Shown piece after piece: positions 28,125-37,470 of a stretch of DNA of 64,000 nucleotides (position 1 is the stretch's first letter; each line of letters begins with the position of its first letter). Source of the DNA: an uncultured Candidatus Poseidoniales archaeon (lineage in GTDB: Archaea > Thermoplasmatota > Poseidoniia > Poseidoniales > Thalassarchaeaceae); assembly GCA_963968165.1 (NCBI GenBank), contig CAXAFE010000002.1, forward strand, positions 72,244 to 136,243. The letters are read 5' to 3'. The notes under the pieces were generated by a model. It ran no database searches, was not told the DNA's origin, and saw only the letters and a list, made by a program, of their open reading frames with translations. A program made the position numbers and the translations under genes.

Positions 28125-29230
28125 ATATCTTTAGTATTTGTCTCTAACAGGCTTTGCCGTGCATCTGATAGGATTGATTCTATTTTTAGTTCGATATTCG
28201 ATTCTAGAGAGATTATTATTTCATTAATTTCCTTTTTTGATAATTCTTTTTTCTTAGAAAATTTTTCTTCTAGTATCGATAGCATTTCTAATTCTCTTTC
28301 CTTTACAAACAGCGCAAGTCTTTGTTCCATTTCTACTTCCTTTTCGAGTATCATCTCTTGCCTACGTAATGCCAGGGCTACTTCCATAGTTTCTCTTTCT
28401 GAACGGAATCTACGGTCTAAGTCTGCAAGTGCACCTCTTTCAGATTCCTCTTCAAGGGTTTGTATTCTTATATCTACATCTGAAATCATGTCTTTTTCTA
28501 AAGAATTACGTTCATTGGAGATTTGTTTTTCTAACTCAGATTCTCTATTTCTACGAGCATTGGCGAGTCTTTCTCTCATCTGTATCTCTTGATCTAACCT
28601 ATGTGTCTCTACTTTTCGATATACTTGAGATTCCATAGATTCTCTTAGGTCAATTTCTACTCTTCTTTCCATTCTTTCATTATTTTGTGTAGCCTCTAAC
28701 TCAAGTCTCTCACTCAAAAATGCCTTTCTCCTTGAAAAATCTATTTCCATTTCTTCCTTCAGTCTATTCCTCAACTTTGATGAATGGGCCTCTATTCTAC
28801 GGTCTCTTTCTAGATCTAATTGCTCCCTTAGTCTATTTTCTTCCCTTCTAAGGCGATGGAGCATTTCTTCTCTAAGAAGACGTTCTTCTCTCTCTAATGC
28901 TTCTGATTCTAACTTTTCCAGTTCATCTTCAAGTTCGGCCCTTAAATCTGTTTCAATTTGCTGAATTTGATCTTCGAACAAAATCTCATTGGCTTTTCTC
29001 ATTGCGCCGTGCATCCCTGATAGACGTTCTGACATCTCAGATATTCTAATTCGTCGCTCACGTCTTATTCCGGATCTTAATCTAGATTCTTCATCTAGTC
29101 TGTCCCTTGTTTTTGCTAAAGATTCCATGGTTGATGAAGAAGATATTGAATGCTGTGCTCGAAGTAGAGCAAGTTCGTCAGGTATTGAGTTTTCTTCATT
29201 TTCAGGAGACTTGCTTTCACTCACAGACAT
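28121..29230 (-). CDS. Highly charged Glu/Arg/Leu-rich coiled-coil (possible single-alpha-helix) protein
   Basis: 369 aa of low-complexity ERxxLE repeats (LRAELEDELEKLESEALEREERLLREE...). Stop codon overlaps the ParA stop (convergent). Confidence 0.5.
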   Translation of the reverse strand: MSVSESKSPENEENSIPDELALLRAQHSISSSSTMESLAKTRDRLDEESRLRSGIRRERRIRISEMSERLSGMHGAMRKANEILFEDQIQQIETDLRAELEDELEKLESEALEREERLLREEMLHRLRREENRLREQLDLERDRRIEAHSSKLRNRLKEEMEIDFSRRKAFLSERLELEATQNNERMERRVEIDLRESMESQVYRKVETHRLDQEIQMRERLANARRNRESELEKQISNERNSLEKDMISDVDIRIQTLEEESERGALADLDRRFRSERETMEVALALRRQEMILEKEVEMEQRLALFVKERELEMLSILEEKFSKKKELSKKEINEIIISLESNIELKIESILSDARQSLLETNTKDI

Positions 29231-29328
29231 CCATCCCCAACCTTACGGTAGTTTTTTTGTATTTGACTACGCAGGGTAATTTTTAAGTTATAATATGGTT
29301 TTTGATACCTTGAATGGTAAAATCAAAA

Positions 29329-29721
29329 TCAAAAAGTAACATTGAACGATGTCTCGCATGCTGGACAATCAAGTTCTCTTGTTCCTGGTCTGGGCCTTAT
29401 TCGTAATTGTCTTTCGCAACTTGGACAGTCAATTTCTACTTTGATAGATTTTTGAGTTAGGATAAATTTACTAGAACACGAGCTACATACCATATTTACA
29501 GGCCTTTCTTCTGTTCCAGCAACCAGAACTGTGCTGCAACTAGGGCAAGGTAATGATTCCGAAATTAATGATCTAACTGTTGGTGCATGAGATATCTTAC
29601 ATACTGCTAAACAAATCTCGCAAGTTATCTCTCCTAATCCCTGTGGTAGCATATGATTGCAATTTGGACATTCTGCTAATGGAGGAGCAAATTTTGATTC
29701 AATATATATTGTATCTGACAT
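29329..29721 (-). CDS. Triple zinc-ribbon protein
   Basis: Six CxxC pairs: CPNC...CEIC, CPSC...CSSC, CPSC...CPAC. 130 aa; 19 nt downstream of the P-type ATPase gene on the same strand. Confidence 0.55.
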   Translation of the reverse strand: MSDTIYIESKFAPPLAECPNCNHMLPQGLGEITCEICLAVCKISHAPTVRSLISESLPCPSCSTVLVAGTEERPVNMVCSSCSSKFILTQKSIKVEIDCPSCERQLRIRPRPGTRELDCPACETSFNVTF

Positions 29722-29740
29722 CTGGCAACTGACCTCTTAA

Positions 29741-32443
29741 TTAGATGGTAGTAGGGGGCTTCATAAAAAAACTTTGAAACAAAGTTTTGAATGACCCTAT
29801 GATATCTTCTTTTATATCATTCAATAAACTGGATAAGATTGATAGTCTGGAGATTCCTGAATCTGAAACCCACATACCATTTAATATAACAACAAATACA
29901 CTTAATTCATGTAAGGCTATTCCCAATGCTAGATTTATTTGAAGACCGAGAATAACTGTTGAGACTAAAAATACAGTTACCATCAAGGATATTGCTATAT
30001 TTAAGAAAACTATATTTCTAGTTTTCTTTGCTAAGTCGATTAATTTGATAATTGCTTGAGGATTATTTCCTGGTATTAATACATCGGCTGCATCTAAATT
30101 TACCTGCTCTCCAGATCCTACTGCAATACCTACAGTCGCAGCAGCTAGAGCCCCGGCATCGTTAAATCCATCTCCAGCCATCAGAGTTTTTTGATTAATT
30201 ACTTTTTTAGACACGATTTTTGCTTTCTCCTCAGGATTAACTCCGCCTCTACAAACTACGGAGCTTAACCCAATATCTTTTGCAAATAATTCTACACTAT
30301 TTTGTTCATCTCCACTTAATATTTCAATTTCGATATTTCTTTCCTGAAGACTAGAAATTAATTCATTTACGCCTTCTCTTGCTTCATCATGGGAAAATGA
30401 GAATACGGCAACTGCTTGGCCTTCAACAGCCAAAACACTTATTCCATAGCCTTTATTTCTCATTTCATTAACTGAATTATTAATTGATTTTGGTATTTTT
30501 ATATTTGATTTTTTTAACCAATCAAATCTCCCAATAACTATATTTTTATTATTGATTTGTCCAAATATCCCAGCGTCGCCATCCTCGATATGAGTCACTA
30601 AATCGGGAATTATTGATCGATGATTTGATTCATTGATTATATTATTCGCATAGGGATGATTGGAGCGTTGTTCTAGTCCTGCCGCTAAGCTTAATGCTTT
30701 TACTTCTTTGAAACCGGGGATTGTAAAAATTTCTTCTAAAGTAGATTTACCGCTAGTTAATGTTCCAGTCTTATCAAACAACGCTACTTCAATTCCTGCT
30801 GCAACTTCCAGTACATCTCCCCCTCTTGCAACTAATCCATGGGCAGAAGCAGATGAAAGTGCAGTTGCATGTGGAACTGGAGAAGCCAGTAAAAGTGAAC
30901 ACGGGCAAGAAACAACCCAAAGTATCAAAGTATTGAAAATATTACCAGTTAATAATCCAATAATTGGAGCCATTATTAAGACAAATGGGACCCAAATAGA
31001 TGTAAAATTTTCTATTAATGTATGTGTTTTGGTAGGTTTATCTCTATATTTTCTGACTAGATCAATTAAACTGGATAGGCGTGTATCTTCTCCACTTGCT
31101 TCACATTTTACTAATATCGGACCCTGTGTTAAGACTAATCCTGCTTCTATAAAGTCCCCTTTTTTTATTATTATTGGAATTGGTTCACCGGTAAGTGGGG
31201 CTTTGTCTACAGCTCCATTTCCCTCGATAATAATTCCATCTACTGGAATTATCTCACCAGATCTAACCTCTATATTATCACCTAAATTAACCGCTTCAAT
31301 AGGCATTAAATCAGTATCATAACAATCTTGTAAGTTAGCATTTAGAGAGATTCCGGTTACAGGAATTAATCCCTCTATACGAAAATTATTATTATTATTA
31401 TTATTATTATGATTGGGTAAATGTATTCTCGCATATCGTGGAATTCTATCAAAACCACCTTGCATAGCATTTCTAGCCCTTATCAGAGCCCTATTTTCCA
31501 GATGAGATGCGAACGCAACTAGTCCTGAAACCATTAATGCTTCGGGATATTCCCCTAATAGCATCGCACCGATAACAGCCAAAGATGTAAGAATTTGGAA
31601 TCCTAAAACTCGATGTTGGATACTCGCTATAGCCTCTTTGAACATATAATATGATGAAAATGATAAACCTATTAATGAAATAAATAATGTAGACCACCAT
31701 GGTATTGAATTATTCATATCCATTAATAATACAATCAATATAATTGGAATAGTAAGAATGGAGCCTATTAACTGTAGATTTTCCTTGTTAAGATCAGAGT
31801 ATTGGACCTTAGAAAAGGTATAATTAGATCCAAAAAAATATTCTAAACCTTTGATTTGAGATTTTTTCATTTCAGAATTCGTAATATCCAATAACTGTAT
31901 TTCTATTCTATCAGACTTAATTCTGGCATTCAATATTCCTATTATATTTGAAATGGAGTTGGTTAATTTTTTTCCCTTTAAACCTACTTTTTTTTCGATC
32001 TGATGTAGTTTTATACTATTTACTGTAACCCAATCTAAATCTGCAGAATGACCAAGTCTTTCCAAAACAGAAGAAGTACGAGAAATGTTGCCTATAGATA
32101 CATCCAAGGTTATGCTAACTTTTCCTTCAGTTGCAGATACTGAACATTCTATGATTCCTGGTAATCTACTAACCGCTTTTGAAGCCTTCATGGCACAATC
32201 GGGACAGTCCATTCCATTTATTTTCCAATCGAATTCATAATCACCATCCAAAACTAAAACACTATCATCCAAATTAATTTCATTAACTGATAATTCTGCA
32301 TCTAAGACATTTTGAGAATTATTCTTATTTTTAGAAAAGATATTTTTAATATTTTTAAAAGGAGAATCTAATGGAGTCTCGGTTTGAGATTCTGTATATT
32401 CATCATCTTCTAGGATCAAAAACTCTTCTCCGTCTTCATCCAT
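29741..32443 (-). CDS. Heavy-metal translocating P1B-type ATPase with N-terminal HMA domain
   Basis: HMA GMDCPDCAMKA; TGEP actuator motif; membrane SCPCSLLLASP (CPC); DKTGTLT; GDGFNDAGALAAA. Contains an in-frame poly-Asn run. Metal specificity not assignable by eye. Confidence 0.85.
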   Translation of the reverse strand: MDEDGEEFLILEDDEYTESQTETPLDSPFKNIKNIFSKNKNNSQNVLDAELSVNEINLDDSVLVLDGDYEFDWKINGMDCPDCAMKASKAVSRLPGIIECSVSATEGKVSITLDVSIGNISRTSSVLERLGHSADLDWVTVNSIKLHQIEKKVGLKGKKLTNSISNIIGILNARIKSDRIEIQLLDITNSEMKKSQIKGLEYFFGSNYTFSKVQYSDLNKENLQLIGSILTIPIILIVLLMDMNNSIPWWSTLFISLIGLSFSSYYMFKEAIASIQHRVLGFQILTSLAVIGAMLLGEYPEALMVSGLVAFASHLENRALIRARNAMQGGFDRIPRYARIHLPNHNNNNNNNNFRIEGLIPVTGISLNANLQDCYDTDLMPIEAVNLGDNIEVRSGEIIPVDGIIIEGNGAVDKAPLTGEPIPIIIKKGDFIEAGLVLTQGPILVKCEASGEDTRLSSLIDLVRKYRDKPTKTHTLIENFTSIWVPFVLIMAPIIGLLTGNIFNTLILWVVSCPCSLLLASPVPHATALSSASAHGLVARGGDVLEVAAGIEVALFDKTGTLTSGKSTLEEIFTIPGFKEVKALSLAAGLEQRSNHPYANNIINESNHRSIIPDLVTHIEDGDAGIFGQINNKNIVIGRFDWLKKSNIKIPKSINNSVNEMRNKGYGISVLAVEGQAVAVFSFSHDEAREGVNELISSLQERNIEIEILSGDEQNSVELFAKDIGLSSVVCRGGVNPEEKAKIVSKKVINQKTLMAGDGFNDAGALAAATVGIAVGSGEQVNLDAADVLIPGNNPQAIIKLIDLAKKTRNIVFLNIAISLMVTVFLVSTVILGLQINLALGIALHELSVFVVILNGMWVSDSGISRLSILSSLLNDIKEDIIGSFKTLFQSFFMKPPTTI
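31385..31408. repeat. (ATT)8 trinucleotide microsatellite inside the P-type ATPase CDS, encoding HNNNNNNNN on the minus strand
   Basis: Directly visible: eight tandem att units followed by atg att. Confidence 0.9.
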
Positions 32444-32512
32444 GATATATCCAGTAGGAGTACCTCTTTGAACGTGATGAGTCTAAGATAACAAACGGTG
32501 GTATCATGACGT

Positions 32513-33280
32513 GTGGCGTTTTCGCAGATAAGTATGGAAGAGTTTCTTGAAGGTACTGATTGGGAAATGGTGGTATTTGATATAGATGGGACATTGATGG
32601 ATTTCGAAGGATTTGATCCTAATATGATTCCATTAATTCGTAAATTGGAAGATTTAGGACTTATAGTTTCACTGGCATCAGGCAGAACCTTGCCCAATAT
32701 TACTCCAATAATGCAATCATTGAACTTATCCGGATTTATAATTGCTGAAAATGGCGGAATTGTGTGGGACTCTGTAAAAGGACATGAAATCAGAGTTTTA
32801 GCAGATGGGTCTCGTGCTAAAAAAGCTGCAGAATGGCTATCAACAAAAATAGATGGTTTTGATCCAAAAGGAATTGAGTCTAACAGATGGAGAGAAACGG
32901 AGTGGTGCCTTCGTCCAGAGGAAGATTATAATAGAATGTGTGAATTATTATCAGATAGTAAATGGGATGACTTATTAGTAGTAAAAACTGGATTCGCCAT
33001 ACATATAATATCCTCTAAAATAGATAAATCAGTTGGATTAGAGTTGGCTTTAAGACAGCGTGAAATCAAACCAAGTAAAATTATTGCATGCGGAGATGGG
33101 CCTAACGATATTCCCATGTTTGAAATTGCAGGTTTCTCAGTTGCCATAGATAAACGATTTGATGAGGTAATAGAAGCCGCGGATTACAACACGATTGCTA
33201 ATGGAAAGAATGGTACCATTGAGTTCCTTGAAAATTTAATAGAAATATTAGACAAGAAGAGTGCAGATGGCAGGATTTGA
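32513..33280 (+). CDS. HAD-superfamily hydrolase (Cof / phosphoglycolate-phosphatase-like, subfamily IIB)
   Basis: Motif I VVFDIDGTL, motif III/IV region ACGDGPNDIPM. Confidence 0.75.
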   Translation: MAFSQISMEEFLEGTDWEMVVFDIDGTLMDFEGFDPNMIPLIRKLEDLGLIVSLASGRTLPNITPIMQSLNLSGFIIAENGGIVWDSVKGHEIRVLADGSRAKKAAEWLSTKIDGFDPKGIESNRWRETEWCLRPEEDYNRMCELLSDSKWDDLLVVKTGFAIHIISSKIDKSVGLELALRQREIKPSKIIACGDGPNDIPMFEIAGFSVAIDKRFDEVIEAADYNTIANGKNGTIEFLENLIEILDKKSADGRI

Positions 33281-33343
33281 ACCTGCGAAGCACTACGCAA
33301 CGGAACTTGAGCCCGTCCCCTTTGACCACTCGGGTACATCTGC
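33262..33343 (-). tRNA. tRNA-Leu (anticodon CAA), long variable arm, CCA not encoded
   Basis: Reverse complement read by eye as GCAGAUG-UA-CCC...GGG-ACGGG-CUCAAGU-UCCGU-[13 nt variable]-GCAGG-UUCAAAU-CCUGC-CAUCUGC-A. Overlaps the last 19 nt of the HAD CDS on the other strand. Confidence 0.75.
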
Positions 33344-33455
33344 AGTTCCCGGGGACAATACTACTTTTTGATACTCACGCATAAAGAATAGAAATCTGAG
33401 TATTTAGGGGATTGTTCATTTATCTCCTGCTATGCAGGCGCTATAGGTCAACCGC

Positions 33456-34322
33456 GTGCTGGGCAATGATGATGTTCTAAGATTAAGTAATTATGAACTA
33501 ATAGCGGTAGAAAAAGCAATATTTGAAGTATCTAGAAAACAAAAATCTCAGACAATTCCTGTAGATTTACCTAGAGAAAATTTTTGGTCTGCTGTTAGAC
33601 AGTTACTATATCACCTTGATACTGAATGTTCTGAGACAATACGTAAGGAAGGTGGGCATACTACAAAATCACAGTTACAAACTAGAAGATTAAATGTTCT
33701 TAGAACCTGTGTTAATGACATAACAAGATTGAGAATGAATGCATTTGCACAGCATGCAATACTTTCTAATTTGGTTAAGACCGGTGATGGAGTATCGGCC
33801 TTTACAGGGAATATAAAGAAAATAGATTGGAGTAGGCATGACCCTGCGGAACGAAAATTTTACAGAGGAATATTAGATTATACTGATAAGTACAAACTAG
33901 ACGTTCAATGGGATGGTTTACTAAAAGGTGTAGAAAGTATTATTGAAGAAGTACAAATATCTACAGGGCACAAAAGTCTTGAAGAATTTAATGAAGACAA
34001 GGATGAAGATATTGTTATAAAAATACCAGAAATTAAAGAAGATTGGGAAGATCCTGAATATGATGAAGAGGATCGTATTAGAGAAATAGAGGATTTTCCA
34101 TATCAAGTTAGCCATATTGCTCCGGATCAAGAAAATATTATCTCTGGTAGGAATAATTCCTCAAATTTGCGAAGAATAAAAATATTAAAGGACTTAAATG
34201 ACCCGATTATAACTGAAGATGGAACTGAAATATTACTAATAGCAGGCGATATTGAATCTTGTCCAGCATTGATTGCTGATACTCTTATTGCTGCAGGTTT
34301 GGCCGAATCTGCTCCAATATAA
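33456..34322 (+). CDS. GINS-like replication protein (Gins51/Sld5-type) with long acidic insert
   Basis: C-terminus RIKILKDLNDPIITEDGTEILLIAGDIESCPALIADTLIAAGLAE resembles the archaeal Gins51 B-domain; N-terminal helical region. Call from memory of Gins51 sequences. Confidence 0.45.
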   Translation: MLGNDDVLRLSNYELIAVEKAIFEVSRKQKSQTIPVDLPRENFWSAVRQLLYHLDTECSETIRKEGGHTTKSQLQTRRLNVLRTCVNDITRLRMNAFAQHAILSNLVKTGDGVSAFTGNIKKIDWSRHDPAERKFYRGILDYTDKYKLDVQWDGLLKGVESIIEEVQISTGHKSLEEFNEDKDEDIVIKIPEIKEDWEDPEYDEEDRIREIEDFPYQVSHIAPDQENIISGRNNSSNLRRIKILKDLNDPIITEDGTEILLIAGDIESCPALIADTLIAAGLAESAPI

Positions 34323-34344
34323 TAATTAAAAAAAGAGGGATAAA

Positions 34345-35694
34345 ATGAATACAGAAATAACCGAAGAACAAATTAAAAAATATAGGGAAAAATTTGTAAA
34401 TGATACAATGGCAAAAATTGCTCAAAATGCTGTTACTAATGTCCCGCTTCCAAAGTTAACATTGAATAGAGAACTGATTCAGCAAATAGATGCATCTTTT
34501 AGTACAAAATTAGACAAATGGTCTGTAACAAACCAGAAAAGTAGTGGAAGATGTTGGTTGTTTGCTACACTGAATTTATTTAGAGTTGGGGCGATGGAAA
34601 AGATGAACATTAAGAATTTTGAATTTAGTCAAGCCCACATCCATTTTTGGGATAAATTTGAGCGATCTAATCACTTATTGGAATCTATAATAGAAACTTC
34701 AGATAGAAATATTGATGATCGTACGGTAGGATTCCTACTAGGAGATCCAATCGGAGATGGCGGGCAATGGAATATGGCTACTAATCTAATAAGGAAACAT
34801 GGCCTAGTTCCTAAATCTGCATATCCAGAATCCAATAGCAGTAGTTCAACAAGGTGGATGAACGCTATGCTGAAGGATATACTTAGAACCTCGGCAAGTG
34901 AGATAAGGCATATCTTGGATAATGGTGGAAGTATAGGTGAAGCTAGAAATCATAAAGAAAAGAGAATTGAAGATATTTGGAAAATTTTGTGTATTCACCT
35001 CGGTACACCTCCGGAGAGTTTTGATTGGCAATGGCGAGATAAGGATGGAGATTTTCATAGTAAAGGGTCAATGACTCCAAAAGAATTTGCTACGGAATAT
35101 GTTGATATTGATTGGGAAGAATATATTTGTCTTGTCCATGATCCGAGAAATAAACTAATGCAGACATACACTGTAGATTATCTACAAAATGTTGCAGGTG
35201 GCCCCCCAGTAATTTATCTTAATATTGATATTAATTCAATGAAGAAGATAACTCAAAAATTACTTGAAGATGGATTACCTGTTTGGATGGGTTGTGATGT
35301 AGGTAAACAAATGGAAAGAGAGCGAGGCCTATGGGATGCTAACTTATATCAATATGAGGAGTTGTACGATATTAAATTTGGAATGAATAAATCAAATAGG
35401 TTACAACATGGACAAACAATGATGACACATGCAATGCTATTTACGGGAGTGGATGTTGTAGAGGGAAAGTCTAGAAGATGGAGAGTTGAAAACTCATGGG
35501 GTTCAGATAAAAGTGGAGAAAAGGGCTATTTCACTATGAATGATAATTGGTTTGATGAATATATGTTCGAAATTGCTGCACCAAAATCATATTTATCAGA
35601 AGAAATGCTGGACGGACTAAAGACCATCCCTGAAGTATTACCTGCTTGGGACCCTATGGGTAGTTTAGCAAAAGAAGCATTAAACTTTAATTAA
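34345..35694 (+). CDS. Aminopeptidase C / bleomycin hydrolase family cysteine peptidase (MEROPS C1B)
   Basis: Active-site Cys block QKSSGRCWLFATLN, with the catalytic His/Asn region near the C-terminus. 449 aa, PepC length. Confidence 0.75.
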   Translation: MNTEITEEQIKKYREKFVNDTMAKIAQNAVTNVPLPKLTLNRELIQQIDASFSTKLDKWSVTNQKSSGRCWLFATLNLFRVGAMEKMNIKNFEFSQAHIHFWDKFERSNHLLESIIETSDRNIDDRTVGFLLGDPIGDGGQWNMATNLIRKHGLVPKSAYPESNSSSSTRWMNAMLKDILRTSASEIRHILDNGGSIGEARNHKEKRIEDIWKILCIHLGTPPESFDWQWRDKDGDFHSKGSMTPKEFATEYVDIDWEEYICLVHDPRNKLMQTYTVDYLQNVAGGPPVIYLNIDINSMKKITQKLLEDGLPVWMGCDVGKQMERERGLWDANLYQYEELYDIKFGMNKSNRLQHGQTMMTHAMLFTGVDVVEGKSRRWRVENSWGSDKSGEKGYFTMNDNWFDEYMFEIAAPKSYLSEEMLDGLKTIPEVLPAWDPMGSLAKEALNFN

Positions 35695-35709
35695 TTATTA
35701 ATGCCTTAA

Positions 35710-36048
35710 TTATCCTAAATTACGAAGAGATAATTCTATAGTGACACTATCTGGAATTGGGATTCTTAGAACTTTCCTCAATGATTTTTCATCTTTTGAG
35801 GAATTAGTAACTAATTCAAGTAATCTTTTGTGGACTCTCATTTCCCAGTGATCCCAAGTTTCTGCACCTTCTCCATCAGGACTTTTTCTACAAGGCACTA
35901 ATAATTTTTTAGTAGGTAATGGAATAGGTCCTCTCAATTTTACACCTGTTTCATCTGAAATAAATTTAATTTGTTTACAAACAGTATCAACATCAGTATG
36001 ATTATCTCCAGTTAGTTTGATAGTAGTTACAACAGGCATGTCGTTCAC
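35710..36048 (-). CDS. rps10: 30S ribosomal protein S10 (uS10)
   Basis: VKLRGPIPLPTKKLLVPCRKSPDGEGAETWDHWEMRVHKRL. Lies immediately downstream of EF-1alpha, as in most archaea. Confidence 0.9.
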   Translation of the reverse strand: MNDMPVVTTIKLTGDNHTDVDTVCKQIKFISDETGVKLRGPIPLPTKKLLVPCRKSPDGEGAETWDHWEMRVHKRLLELVTNSSKDEKSLRKVLRIPIPDSVTIELSLRNLG

Positions 36049-36070
36049 TCCGATATCACTTTTTGAAATA

Positions 36071-37357
36071 TTACTGTTTCTTTTCTATCTTCATGCATAC
36101 GCCAGCGGCTACAGTTTTACCCATATCTCTGATAGCGAATCTTGCTAATTCTGGGAAAGCAGACATTTCTTCAATAGCCATAGGTTTAGTAGGCATAAAT
36201 CTGATTAAGGCTGCATCTCCAGATTTAAGGAATGCTGGATTTGCTTCTTTGGTTTTAGCATTCTCTAAAAGATCTACAAATCTAACTGCTACTTGAGACG
36301 TGTGTGCATGGAATACTGGAGTATATCCTGCACCTATCGCTTTAGGTATATCCATAATTTGAATTTGTCCTACAAAAGTCTCGTCATGACGTACGAAAAC
36401 AGGTGCGGATTCTGGGTAACCAGCAACGTCACCTCTACGGATATCTGTTGCGGCTAATCCTCTAACATTGAATCCAACGTTATCACCAGGCTCGGCTTTT
36501 TCATGCATGGTGTGGTGCATTTCTATACTCTTAACTTCAGCAGATTTTTGGCTTGGATTAAATACAACAGTCTTACCAGAATTTAGAATACCTGTTTCTA
36601 CCTTACCAACTGGGACGGTACCTATTCCACTAATCTTGTAGACATCCTGAATAGGTAATCTAAGTGGACGATCTGTTGGTTTTGGAGGCATCTTTATTCC
36701 ATCAATTGCTTCGAAAAGAGTCATTCCCTTATACCAAGGCATGTTTGAGCTTTTGTTGTAGATATTTTCTCCGAAGAAAGATGAACCAGCAATAAAAGGT
36801 ACATCTGCAGGATTGAACCCTGCTGTCTTAAGAAGATTTGAGACTTCAGTTACTACTGAATTATATTTATCCTCCGAATAATCCACTCCACTAATATCCA
36901 TCTTATTGATATTAACAATCAATTGTTTTACTCCAAGAACTCTTGCTAGGAAAGCATGTTCTTTAGTCTGTGCATTTACTCCATCATTTGCAGCAACACA
37001 TAGAACCGCGGCATCTGCTTGACTTGTTCCAGTAATCATATTCTTTACGAAATCACGGTGACCTGGTGCATCTATTACTGTGAAATAATAGTTAGGAGTA
37101 AAAAATTCTTTGTGAGCTACATCAATTGTTATCCCTCGCTCTCTTTCTTCCTTAAGTCCATCCATAACATATGCTAAACCAAATCCAGCTTTACCCTGTT
37201 CTTGGGCAAGTTTTTCGTTCTTATCGATAACGTGCTGCTCAATATGTCCACTGTCTAGTAATAATCTACCAACAGTTGTAGACTTTCCGTGGTCAACGTG
37301 TCCGACGAATACTATATTCAAATGATCTTTTTTCTTATCTTCCCATTGTGAGCCCAT
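36071..37357 (-). CDS. tuf: Translation elongation factor 1-alpha (aEF1A)
   Basis: G1 [15 protein letters not shown]3 DAPGH, NKMD. The ORF-track start at 37420 adds about 21 non-conserved residues, so the start was moved to the internal [14 protein letters not shown]. Confidence 0.9.
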   Translation of the reverse strand: MGSQWEDKKKDHLNIVFVGHVDHGKSTTVGRLLLDSGHIEQHVIDKNEKLAQEQGKAGFGLAYVMDGLKEERERGITIDVAHKEFFTPNYYFTVIDAPGHRDFVKNMITGTSQADAAVLCVAANDGVNAQTKEHAFLARVLGVKQLIVNINKMDISGVDYSEDKYNSVVTEVSNLLKTAGFNPADVPFIAGSSFFGENIYNKSSNMPWYKGMTLFEAIDGIKMPPKPTDRPLRLPIQDVYKISGIGTVPVGKVETGILNSGKTVVFNPSQKSAEVKSIEMHHTMHEKAEPGDNVGFNVRGLAATDIRRGDVAGYPESAPVFVRHDETFVGQIQIMDIPKAIGAGYTPVFHAHTSQVAVRFVDLLENAKTKEANPAFLKSGDAALIRFMPTKPMAIEEMSAFPELARFAIRDMGKTVAAGVCMKIEKKQ

Positions 37358-37470
37358 TATATACACCTCTAATGTAATCCCGCCGACTAATGATGTGTAT
37401 ATGAATCGTTCCCCCCACAATAAAAATGGAGAATCTTGTCAGCGTGTAGATTATTGATAATAAAAAGCAA

